Below are positions 40,808 to 51,846 of a DNA stretch of 64,000 nucleotides, one piece after another. The translations under genes were made by a program, and so were the position numbers. This DNA comes from Chrysomallon squamiferum (lineage: Eukaryota > Animalia > Mollusca): assembly GCA_012295275.1 (NCBI GenBank), contig CM022674.1:7006001-7070000 (forward strand), written 5' to 3'. How positions within the stretch are numbered: position 1 is the stretch's first letter; the number at the start of each line of letters is the position of its first letter. The notes beneath the pieces are model-generated. The model searched no databases. It was not told the origin of the DNA and worked only from the letters and a program-made list of their open reading frames with translations.

Positions 40808-43800
40808 GTGTCTGTTAATATTGGTTTTAAGCATGAATGGCTGGGAATTGGGCCAAATAAGAGTAATGAAAAATGAAAAATTATGATGTTCCCATGTGTG
40901 TGTGTTGTGTGTGTGAGTGAGTGAGTGAGTGAGGGGGTTGGTGTGTGTTGTGTGTGAGTGAGGGTGGTGGTGTGTTGTGTGAGTGAGGGGGGTTGGTGTG
41001 TTTGTGTCTGAGGGAGTGATGGCAAAAAGTGAATCTATTTTGTGTTGGGAGTTTTGAGATTAATTGGGTAATTTAACTTGCAAGTACTTGTGATAATCAG
41101 AAATTCTACTGTTTATGCTACACGCTTTTAGAGAGAGAGAGAGAGAGAGAGAGAGAATGTTTTTTCACATATAGGAGAAATATCATTAGTCACAGACACA
41201 AAAAGGGGTGAAAGAAAAAAGACAACGAAGAAAACAAATGTAAATGTGACAAAGCAGTTTTACTTTTGTCATGTAATAACACTAATTAATATTCGTGACA
41301 ATTTTGCATAAAAATTACTAAAATTCTTGTCTTTCTCTCTGGGGTTCTGTTTAAAGACAGAGAGGAGTGAGAATATCAAAAACCTCATTTTAAATTACAT
41401 AGGCTACATTTATTTTATGGGATCTAATAAATATTTATGCCAAGCTATTAATTATTCATGAAGTCTAAAAATTATTCATACCGTCTGATCATTATTCATG
41501 AAACTGGATAATCCGTGTTTGAAAAAAAAAAAAAAAAAAAAAAATGTTGATAATGGTGACAGACAATTGTCAGAGATATCTTTTTAAAATAATTTATTTA
41601 ACGTCACTTTACGGTTCAAGTATGCTTTCATTTTGCTGAGAATTTAGTTAAAGAAAATGTGTATTAATAAACACTGAAATATTATTTTAGCCAGCAATGT
41701 GATGTTGAATTTGAATCAAATAATTAGTTTTTAATTTACAATGTCTGCTTGGTGTGACATCAGCTTATTTAAAATTAAAATTAATTTCTCAAACTTCTTG
41801 TTTTGCTGTTTCATTTTATTATTAATATTTTGGTATTTTGGGGATTTAATTTATTTATTTTATTTCAGTTTCGTTTAGTTCAGATTAGTTTAATGTGGAG
41901 TTTTTCTTCTTTTTTGTTTGTAATGATGATACAAGTTGAAACATGCTGTTAAGGAAAATTTTATATTTATTTTCCGATTAGAAAAAAAACCCACATGACT
42001 ATCAAGAACAGGTAAAAAAAAAATATAACTTATCAGTTTCTGTGTACCAGATTGATTTGTGACTTATCATGTGAGCTCTGAACATTTATAGTTTTCACAT
42101 TCCAAACATGTTTTGAAACTATTGTGCAGGGGAGAACAAGTTACGTAAAATAACTACATCTCATTTCATTCATGGTTTTAATTGCACTAGGTCCAGGAGT
42201 CCAGGTTTTGATACAAGGACTGAACTTTGAGTATACTGATATCATTAATGATGACAATACTAACTGATAATCTTTTTAAAAAAAAAAAAATCATTTTTTT
42301 TTCTCCCTCCAAAAAATGTTGAGTCATATATGTACATTTCAATGTATCATTTGAGAATTTCAGTTCATGCAAGCATGTGCATCTTTTATTTGTCTCAAAA
42401 CATTTCTCGTTGTATTGTGTATTTACATGAAAACTGCAATGTTTTCTTTTAAATGTGTGTTTGTGACTGTGTTTACACCACAAATTATGTATGTCTTAAG
42501 TAAAAATGTTGTACTTGTTTCTTAGCTATGTTAGCCATATGCCAGTCTTTTTTTGTGGCAACAGAAGTATACACAGCTATTCACTTTGCTGATAAAGCAG
42601 CATTGTCTCAGCTTTGTTACTAGTCCAGTTGTAGTTCCTAAACTCACTGACCAGTGTAATCTCATTTACCATTAGTATGTAATTAATACCATTACGTGTA
42701 GTCAAATAAACTAAATTAACTCGTTAAATATTGATTACTTAGTAATATTACATAAACAATAGGTGAACTGTAATCAAATAAAATAAAATTAATTAAAAAA
42801 TAATAAAAGAAATAAAATTAATTAAAAATAATAATAAGTTAATAAATAAATAAAAGAAGAAACGTTTGTGTTATACTGGTTCGTTAAAAGTAAATATACA
42901 AAACAAATGCAAGTAAAATGTTCACATTTTTATTTTGGTCAATATTTCAATCTGTTGTACAAATTTTTTTTTTTATAATTTTTTTTTCAAAAAACTTTTT
43001 TGTTCACAAAAATATAACAACATCTGTGCATTGGTTGTGCATTTTGGACAACAGTTAGCGGAAGAAATTTAAAACATTAAAAACCAAAACAAGAAATTAC
43101 ATAAAATAACCAAGCTGGATTCTAGAAATACTTCCACGTGTTACTCATAAATAGTAAACATTGTAGTCCAGCCAAGTACGGTACTACACTTTCATTGGCT
43201 GATCGATTCATACCTTGACCAATGAAAATCGACCGTATTTTTCCGCCTCGGATATTAACTGCCATGACCTTGGATATTTTTAGAATGCATGATGGAAAGT
43301 TTTCAATGATTTGTCACTATATTTCAAACTTTATACTTCCCTCTTTATCCCAAACGCCGTTAAATTTTGAATTTGTAACAGTTCTGTATCCTGTTACTAA
43401 AATTTTAAGAAAACTAGAATTCCAGCTCGGTTTTTTAAAACTAGTTTACCCGTAACTTGTAATATGGATTACATATCCACGTGATATTTTAAATTAAAAA
43501 AAGAAAGAAAGAAAAGAGCTTTGCTCCAACACTCAAAAGTAACACACCCACATATAAACAAAACAATTACAAATAAGCTTTTTAGCTTTCCCCACACAGC
43601 ACACAATATTTACATGTACTCGTTGCTCGCAAAAAGCTTACAATTTATATAAATACTGAACCATACATAATTTCCTTTAATAGAAAAATAAATTATTTAT
43701 AAATTAGTTCACAGGATTCTATGAATCCTAATTTTCGTCAATAATAAATTAAATTCATATAGCATATTACTATTATTAGGAAACAAGAACATTTCGAATG

Positions 43801-44292
43801 TTACTGTATACAAATTTTAGTACGCTATATAGTATATGTATAATAAAGCAACCCATTTTAACACAAAAATCACCTCTTCCACCCCCCCTCAACCTGTCCG
43901 ATTACCTTTACTCTACCTTTAAAAAAAATGTAAATTATAAAATATTATTTCACATAACTGCATAGATTTACCTTTTCACAGATCACCAAAATACTGATAT
44001 AATATTTGGTTACAGAAGCCATCAGTTAAAAATAAATAAATATTTAATAATAATAATCGTTCCATTTCCAAATAGTCAATTATTTCCTTAATTCAGAATG
44101 ATTTCTTTCTTTTTTAATGTCCTGGAAAGTTCACAATTTGTATCAAACATGTCCAAATGTCCATCTTTCTAGACGGTATTTTTACCACTAGGATCCCGCC
44201 ATCACCAGAAACAGATATCGATTTTTTGTTCTGTTTTGCTTGTTGAGTGGGTCACTGAAACAAGACGTTCTCTTACAACGTGCGCGCGCTGC

Positions 44293-44382
44293 TTAGGACG
44301 GATGAATCCAACTCCACGTTGTGCCCAACTTTCGCGCCATTTCTTTCCGTCTGTTATCATGTATCCTTTCTTGGTACTTCAT
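44293..44382 (-). CDS. Putative 29-aa small ORF overlapping the stop of the 34-aa ORF (ATGA)
   Basis: MKYQERIHDNRRKEMARKLGTTWSWIHPS*. Its ATG at 44382-44380 overlaps the TGA at 44381-44379. Confidence 0.12.
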   Translation of the reverse strand: MKYQERIHDNRRKEMARKLGTTWSWIHPS

Positions 44383-44483
44383 GCGCGTTCTAGTGCGCTG
44401 CTCTCGTCGTGAGGCGGGAAGTCCTTGCTTTGTTTAGAAAAGCACGTATTCCCCCTAGATTCCATCTCCGTGACGTCGTTCAT
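44379..44483 (-). CDS. Putative 34-aa small ORF overlapping the stop of the 265-aa ORF (ATGA)
   Basis: MNDVTEMESRGNTCFSKQSKDFPPHDESSALERA*. Its ATG at 44483-44481 overlaps the TGA at 44482-44480. Confidence 0.15.
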   Translation of the reverse strand: MNDVTEMESRGNTCFSKQSKDFPPHDESSALERA

Positions 44484-45277
44484 GGTTCATTGTCCCCAAA
44501 ACTGTCGGCGTCACTACCCGTAGAGTGTGTATAGGAATCCGCATCTTCACTGTCTTCCTCGGGAGATTCTTGGATAGGGTCCAAGTTCGACATGGCAGAG
44601 ACAGTCCTCTGTCGTTTGCGGTGGACCATGGTCTTAGTTTTTCGTTTTGATTTCCCACTTTTTGACGAACCTGACGACGGAGATTTCGTCTTCTTCCTTA
44701 TGTACTGTAGTAGTGTATTGAAAAGTCCCTTTTTAGGCCCGTCGTCTTTTTCGCTCGTACTTGTAGTAGGAAGACTGAGTCTTCTCCCCGTTAGGGCGGC
44801 TTCGGCAATGTTCGGTAAAGAACTTGAAAAACCGTTAGGCCCAGTCACTTTAGATTCGCACAACACAGGCAACGATTTCGACCCGTCCGCCTGTATGATG
44901 TATGTGTATATAAAACCGTTTCTGTCTTTCAGAGTCACACGGTACGTTTTTGTTTCACCTTGTTTCGACGAAGCACTGGCGTGTTTTTCCCCTTTCACAG
45001 CCTTCTTGGCTACATTCTGTCCATGTGCCCGCTTGTTCGTGGCAACAAAAGGCATATAACCTCGTGTAGCATTCGGATACATGGCCATAGATGTTGAAAA
45101 TTCGGTTTGTTGATAAACAAAGTTGTACACCAACAAGTTCGTCGCTCGGAAGTCCTGAGTAAATCTGAAACACGCAAGTTGATACCGAGTATTAATACTA
45201 TAAACGTTTTCGGGGAACTGGGCCAATAGACGGTCTTTGGCAGAGTTCCAATTGACGTTTGTCTGGGTCGCTGGCAT
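44480..45277 (-). CDS. Intronless 265-aa uncharacterised protein with a largely disordered Ser/Lys-rich C-terminal half, probably nested antisense in an intron
   Basis: It is the only long non-repetitive ORF in the window. GC and CpG are clearly above background, and the start has an invertebrate Kozak-like context (aaaacaaaccaacATG). It carries plausible linear motifs (RRLS, RQRTVS, a basic NLS-like stretch, an acidic tail). No family was recognised. Confidence 0.7.
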   Translation of the reverse strand: MPATQTNVNWNSAKDRLLAQFPENVYSINTRYQLACFRFTQDFRATNLLVYNFVYQQTEFSTSMAMYPNATRGYMPFVATNKRAHGQNVAKKAVKGEKHASASSKQGETKTYRVTLKDRNGFIYTYIIQADGSKSLPVLCESKVTGPNGFSSSLPNIAEAALTGRRLSLPTTSTSEKDDGPKKGLFNTLLQYIRKKTKSPSSGSSKSGKSKRKTKTMVHRKRQRTVSAMSNLDPIQESPEEDSEDADSYTHSTGSDADSFGDNEP

Positions 45278-45499
45278 GTTGGTTTGTTTTGAGGGGTGAC
45301 AGCTTGTATCATTACAGTCACGAATATATTTTGAATTTAAGTACAGTTTTTAAAATTGGTCTTATTATAAACGTTTTAACTTACTGATTATAGCTGCATA
45401 TTTGTTTTTGAGCATTTGAACATATTTTTGGCTGTAGATTGTAAAACATGAAAATGTTCTGTAAAATCTAATCCTAAATGTTAAACTCGTCCTTGCATG

Positions 45500-45900
45500 T
45501 AAAGTAGCCTGTTGGCTGGCTGCCAAGATCGTTCGCGGCTTTCTTTGATAAGGTCACGTGGTTTCTATTCAGAACGACCACGTGGATTGGTCCATTGACG
45601 TAGATCGGCTTGTAGCATTTCACAGGGATCGATTTCACATATTGTTGTAGCATGTTTTGTGTGCCATTTGCTTAAATAAACATTAAAATATTATGAAATA
45701 CTGAAATTAAAATGCTTTTAAGTAACATATTTTGAAATATTGTTTAATTCACGATAATTTACGTTAAAATTGACGTAAACATGTGTTGTGTGAAATTTCG
45801 CGCTTATCTTCCCTCTCCATATTGGCCATGAATGAGTGATCGAAACGGCGCCAAATCTTTGCGATCAATAGCACGCGGCGGCCACCATCACTGCTTAGGA
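45500..45900. promoter_or_regulatory. CpG-rich promoter-like region upstream of the 265-aa ORF
   Basis: Motifs seen: CACGTG at 45555 and 45579, ATTGG at 45586 and 45821, TGACGTA at ~45596 and ~45771, and E2F-like TTTCGCGC (~45796) and GGCGCCAAA (~45847). Confidence 0.55.
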
Positions 45901-46107
45901 AATGCAGACAAAATACGTGAATTTATAATTTATTGTCTTACTGGACTAATATTTGAATGTGTCAGGTTGTCCCAAGGTTAAAATTAGTCAAAATGATTAA
46001 ATACATCTATATAAGTGATTGCATCTGTTGTTGCTATTAATATTATTTTAATGTTTGTCTTTCAGTGTTAAATTCTACAGACAATTGAAATATGTATAAT
46101 GAATCAA

Positions 46108-46168
<61 letters not shown>

Positions 46169-46347
46169 ATAATTTGTTTTTAAATATAAATAAAATACCA
46201 CTCATTTACTGTTGTTAACTTACGATTTATTATAGAAAATCTAGTATTGTTACAGACAATGTTTAAAAAAAATAACGTGGGATAGTAGTAGACTATTACA
46301 CATTTCACAAGTCTATTGTTTAAAATGCATTAACAGAACTGGTATTT

Positions 46348-46377
<30 letters not shown>

Positions 46378-46429
<52 letters not shown>

Positions 46430-46431
46430 TT
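46378..46431. repeat. Perfect 54-bp AT-only palindrome, (AAT)9(ATT)9
   Basis: An (AAT)n run switches to (ATT)n at 46404/46405. Confidence 0.85.
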
Positions 46432-46789
46432 CACAACTTATTTTTCTTTATTCAGTTATTGTTAAAGGAAATGAACTGCGTTTTGTTTTGTTTCTGTTAG
46501 CATGTATACAAAACTTGTCATTCTCAACACGGATACATTTTGCAGACGACATGTCCGCCACCCATCCCATATTGTCACTGTACCACCATGTACTCTTTAT
46601 TTTAACTAAACTCTACATTCTTATTAACTGCGAGACATTCCTTTCGGCTACGAGACACTTGTCGCTTGTAACTTGCATAAACCCGTCCATCCGCGAAATT
46701 TTTCAGCAGACGACATTATGCACCCAGTTGTACTCCATTGATAAGGGGAAAAGTTTACACTTAAATGTTTACTAACATTGGGTTGTTGT

Positions 46790-46945
46790 GGACAATGCCA
46801 CGCCCACATGCCCATAGATTGATTTTGATTGGCTGCACCTGACGCCTTCTAAAAACACTTTATAATTTTTTTTTTATGTCGTGTCCACGAAGTACCGCGT
46901 GCTGTGACTTGCACACTCGTCACGAGAAGAGTGCCGTGTGCAGAT
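46790..46945. promoter_or_regulatory. Second promoter- or enhancer-like patch (KLF/SP box, CCAAT, inverted TGCACAC pair)
   Basis: Motifs seen: GCCACGCCC 46797, GATTGGCT 46827, TGCACAC 46910, GTGTGCA 46936. CpG is retained. Confidence 0.35.
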
Positions 46946-47090
46946 TAATTTATTATAATTATAATAACAATGGATTGTAATTGTGAACTTAGCATATGCT
47001 TTGTTATTTAAAATAATATAAATGAAACTCTAGATAAAATATAATTTACTTTTTTTTCTCTCTCAGCTTTTAGTAATTTATTGTTTTGGA

Positions 47091-47146
<56 letters not shown>

Positions 47147-47282
47147 GCTAGTAGTAATAGTACCAGTAGTGGTAAAAACAATACAAAAATTAAAAAAAAT
47201 CATTTTAAAACTATTATTTTTTAAAATATATTAATTATATAAAAAGCAATTAAGCCAAGAATAATAAAGTGTATATAAAGAC

Positions 47283-47320
<38 letters not shown>

Positions 47321-48480
47321 CATCTTTTGTACAACTTTAAATCAAATATATAAACACAATCTGAGATAGAGATATGAAGAAAGATTGAGAAATAAACAGA
47401 AAAGCAGGAAAAATTAAAGAAAAAGTAGAAGGGATCAGAGGAGGGTGAAAGAGAAAGAGAGAGAGAGAGACACTGTATTTTAAAACCAGACATGACACAT
47501 TCTTTTTATAGTTCCATGGAAAAATTTAAAAACAAATTTGTTTGTTTGTTTGTTTGTTTTTTCAAATTTAAAAATATCCCCATTAATCATGCAACACTGA
47601 ATTTTTATTTGTACTAAAACTAACTTCACATCCTTGGTCCTGACACTTGATACCCAGAATTTTAAAAGGTCTCATGACAGTGACTTTGGCTTGACCTTTG
47701 ACCTTTCTTATGTTATCTTTCAAAGTATACATCCTCTTCTTACTCTATTTAAGTTTATGAATGAACACAAAACTCAGGTCAGGTTCCCACAGAATTTGTA
47801 CATGGTGGGTCACGTTATTGCGAAATGGCACAAAGGCAGGCTTAACCTAAAATGAATGAAAGGATAGATGAATAAATGAGTGCATGCATTGATGGATGGA
47901 AGAAAGAATGAATAAGTGAACTGAATGTATGTCTGTATCAACCCTCTCTCTCTCTCTCTCTCTCTCTGTTTCTCTCTATATATTTATCTTTCTTTTTTTT
48001 TTTGACTCTATAATATAAGGAAAAAAAATAGATTGTTATAAGTATCTGTAATGACACATGCTGTTTTAAAATATTGAAATGTAATGTGTGTGGTGTGTGT
48101 AGGCTGTGTAGTGTGTGGAGTGTGTATGTAGAGTGTGTTTATGTAAGTAGATGTGTGTGTGTGATGTGTACATAATGTATGTGTATCTATGTATGTATTA
48201 TTATATATGAGTACACATTCAAATATAAACAAACTCCTTTAATTACTAATTATTATTACTGTTTTTTTTGTTTTTTTTTAACTTCAAATTATTTTCTTAC
48301 GATGTTGAAGTAAGTTTATTTACTTTCGTTTCCACGCAGTATGTACCCCACCTACTTTTATCAGTGAAAGAAAAATGTGGATTTTGAGCAGGTCATTGTC
48401 AGGTGGTGTTCGTGTACATGTAAATCTATTTTTAGAAATGTACACATCATTGTCACGTGTGAAAGTTCAGTCAAGAAATT

Positions 48481-48523
<43 letters not shown>

Positions 48524-48839
48524 TTATTATTATTATTATTTATTATTTATTAAATATCTAATTATTTATTTGTTTGTTTCTAAGTTACATTTACACACAC
48601 CAATATTTTTTTTTTAATAATTATAAGGAGATAAGAAATCTAGATAAAATATAATTTAAATTTATTATTATTATTAATTGTGATGTTGCTGCTGCTGCTG
48701 CTGTTGTTGTTGTTGTTGTTGTTGTTGTTACTGATGTTGCTATTGTTGCTACCTTTTAACTTCATTCTTGGACTGAAGAATTTGTTAAAACTAACAGAAA
48801 ATAATTTAAAAATTTTAATTCATATTTCTATCGTCACTG

Positions 48840-48870
<31 letters not shown>

Positions 48871-49330
48871 CATGTGTGAAATGTACAATCACTCTTTTAA
48901 AAAAAAAAATTTCCTTGAGGCACAATCCATCTGTTGATTTCCACGCTGGTACAGGATTTCCCATTCACAAGATCACACAGGACATTAACATACATGACCA
49001 AGCAGATTCAGAACTTATGACACTTGTATATATACAAAAGCTAAACATGTGGTCTTTTTTTTTTTTTTTTTTTTTTTTCAGAAAGATTTTCCCACTCATA
49101 AATTATGTTTGTTGAATTCACTGAATCATAAACAGAATGAAAACTGGGGTTTTTTTGTGAAATAAATATCTTTACCTGAATGTATACATTTTTATTTTTA
49201 TTTTATTTTTTATTGTTATTAATAATAAATATTTTCAGTTTAGTAAAAACGAACAGTCTGTCTGAATAAATAAGTTCAGTTTAATGATTGCTTATTGCTT
49301 ATTGTATGTGTTACATTCAAAGCTGTACAA

Positions 49331-49550
49331 GAGGAAAGAAAAGAAATATTTTATTTAACAACACGTTTAAGCTGTGTTATTCTTTTCTTGTTAAGGTAAT
49401 GAGAGAAGAAACCCGCATGGTGTGTCTTTTATGTGTACCTTTGTAATAGTGTGTCTTTTACGTGTACCTTTGTACGTAGTGTTTTTTTTTATATGCTCCT
49501 TTGTACACAGTGCATTTAATGTGTCCCTTTGTACATAGTATCTTTATGTG
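49331..49550. mobile_element. Possible heavily deleted SINE relic that decays into a short ~28-bp tandem repeat
   Basis: The blocks gaaagaaaagaaatattttatttaac...gttaagg...tgagagaagaaacccgc...catgg...tcttttatgtgtacc resemble, from memory only, an abundant gastropod interspersed repeat. gtgtcttttaygtgtacctttgta then repeats about 4 times. Confidence 0.3.
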
Positions 49551-49696
49551 TAGCTTTATTCTCAGTTTTATTACTTTGTCTTTATTCATTTGTCCCCCAT
49601 TTTTTATCTTTCTGAATCTCTCTGTTTTTCTCTTGTATTTCTCAACTTCTATTCCATTCTTCTGTCACAGCTAATTCCTCCCTGTCTTTCTTTCCA

Positions 49697-49737
<41 letters not shown>

Positions 49738-49950
49738 AATCCATGTGGGAAAGTGATTATAAAATCTGACACACAGAATGACACATTTGTTAACTCAGTA
49801 ACAACAACAGCAGCAATAACATTAACATCAACAGCAGCTATAATAACAACATCATCATCATCATCAACAACAACTTCAAACCTGTAAGAAGCATGATGAA
49901 ACAACTGGTGTTATCTCTATACACACACACACACTCACACTCACACACAC

Positions 49951-50002
<52 letters not shown>

Positions 50003-50454
50003 CACAGAGTCCAAAGTCAGTTCTGTCCATAACCCTGACACCAGCAGATAAGAACAAACAGCTAGAATTGTTTAAATTGTTATCGGGCGGCGATTTTGAA
50101 CCTGTGTTTGTACCTCCCTCACCCCTCTTCATGGTCGCATATCTAAAGTTTTTGAGATGGGGGTAAGGTGCAAGGAGGAGTGGAAGTTGAGATAGGTGTT
50201 GTGTTTGATGTCGAGATAAACTCCATTGTTGTGCGACCCGTTTTCATCAGTTACCTGATACCAAATCAACATTTCCTTCCTCAAAGTCAAATCCTTCTCA
50301 GCTTGGTTTTTTAGGTTTTTTTTATTTTTTTATATTTATTTTATTTTATTTTTTTTTTTTTTTATTTGTTTGGTTTATGGTTGACAAGACAAATCTTGAA
50401 TATCCAGTCAGTAAAATTTTCTAATTAATAAAATACCAGTAAAACTAGCAAACT

Positions 50455-50546
<92 letters not shown>

Positions 50547-50669
50547 TATGTATTTAAAAGATTTAACTTTTTGTAAATAAAATGAATTTTGAAAATTGAA
50601 TGATTTGTGAAATATATGCAGGAACATTCACATACATGCACACACACACACACAATAAAACATACATAC

Positions 50670-50712
<43 letters not shown>

Positions 50713-50956
50713 CAAACATTCATATATATATATATATACTTATAGACACACAGACCACACACACACACACACAGATGTACACACATTACCACACCACAGC
50801 GCAACACACATACACTCACACAGATATGCACACCATGCTTATGAATATTAATATATATATTTTATAATTTATATTTTATGGAAATAAAAGAAACAGAATT
50901 ATTCATTGTTTTCATACTTCATATTAATATATGTTTTTCTTTGTTTTGTTTTTCAG

Positions 50957-50991
50957 GTAAGAATTTTTAAAGGTTTTATTGATGAAAAAAG
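50957..50991 (+). other. Candidate recursive splice site (AG|GTAAGA) with a 35-nt cryptic exon closed by AG|GTAAGT
   Basis: Sequence: atattaatatatgtttttctttgttttgtttttcag|gtaagaatttttaaaggttttattgatgaaaaaag|gtaagt. An AG-free zone of ~58 nt precedes it. Confidence 0.5.
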
Positions 50992-51671
50992 GTAAGTGTT
51001 TTTTTTATGTTTTTTTTCATTATCTCTATTTCACTTTTATTTTGATAATAAACTAGTTTGTGTTGTTATATATACAGAAACCCAAATACTTGGTCCTCAG
51101 TTCCATTTTATTTCATTCCTTCTATCTTCCTTCATTAATTTAATTTTTTCTTCTTTTCATCCTATAACTCCTTTTATCTTCAGTAATATTTTTATTTCAT
51201 ATTATTATTGACTTCAGTTCTATATTCATTCGTTCTTTTTTTCCTTTTTCTGTGATGCTTTTCTAAATTTTTCTATTTTTAAATTTTTCTATTTTTACTC
51301 CATCTTTTTTTCATTCTTTTCATCTCTCTTTCTTTCTTATTGTTCTTTCTTCTTATCTTTGTTTCAGAATTTTTGTTACTTTTTTTTTTTATCAACCTGT
51401 CAGATGGAAGGAAAAATTATCTTCATGCCCTTTTGATCCATTTTATAAATAGTTTGGCCTGATTAGTCAAAAGTAAACAAACAGTGAATATCTGGGTCAG
51501 GTCAGGGTTCAACTGACCACTCAAGTGACCATTAGTGACATTTTGATCTGTTATAAGCATTATCTCTGTATAAATTTACAGTTCTTGGCTGTTTGCCAAG
51601 ATAAATTGTTACTCATGTTTATTCATAGACTGAGCTAAAAATAACTACTGTACGAAAACAATAAGAAGAAG

Positions 51672-51722
<51 letters not shown>

Positions 51723-51776
51723 AGCATTACTAGTACCAACAATAATAACAGTGTATTACTATTATTATTTTATTTA

Positions 51777-51846
<70 letters not shown>

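Noticed and set aside
40549-41025. 158-aa - strand ORF crossing a CpG-rich patch
   Set aside because: It has a non-ATG start and is built partly from (CA)-like repeats and a poly-A run. The patch is better explained as regulatory.
44592-45321. ORFs 44592-45059(+), 44955-45173(-), 45010-45321(-) and 44455-44658(-)
   Set aside because: They are antisense or alternative-frame shadows of the GC-richer 265-aa ORF, with poorer or non-ATG starts.
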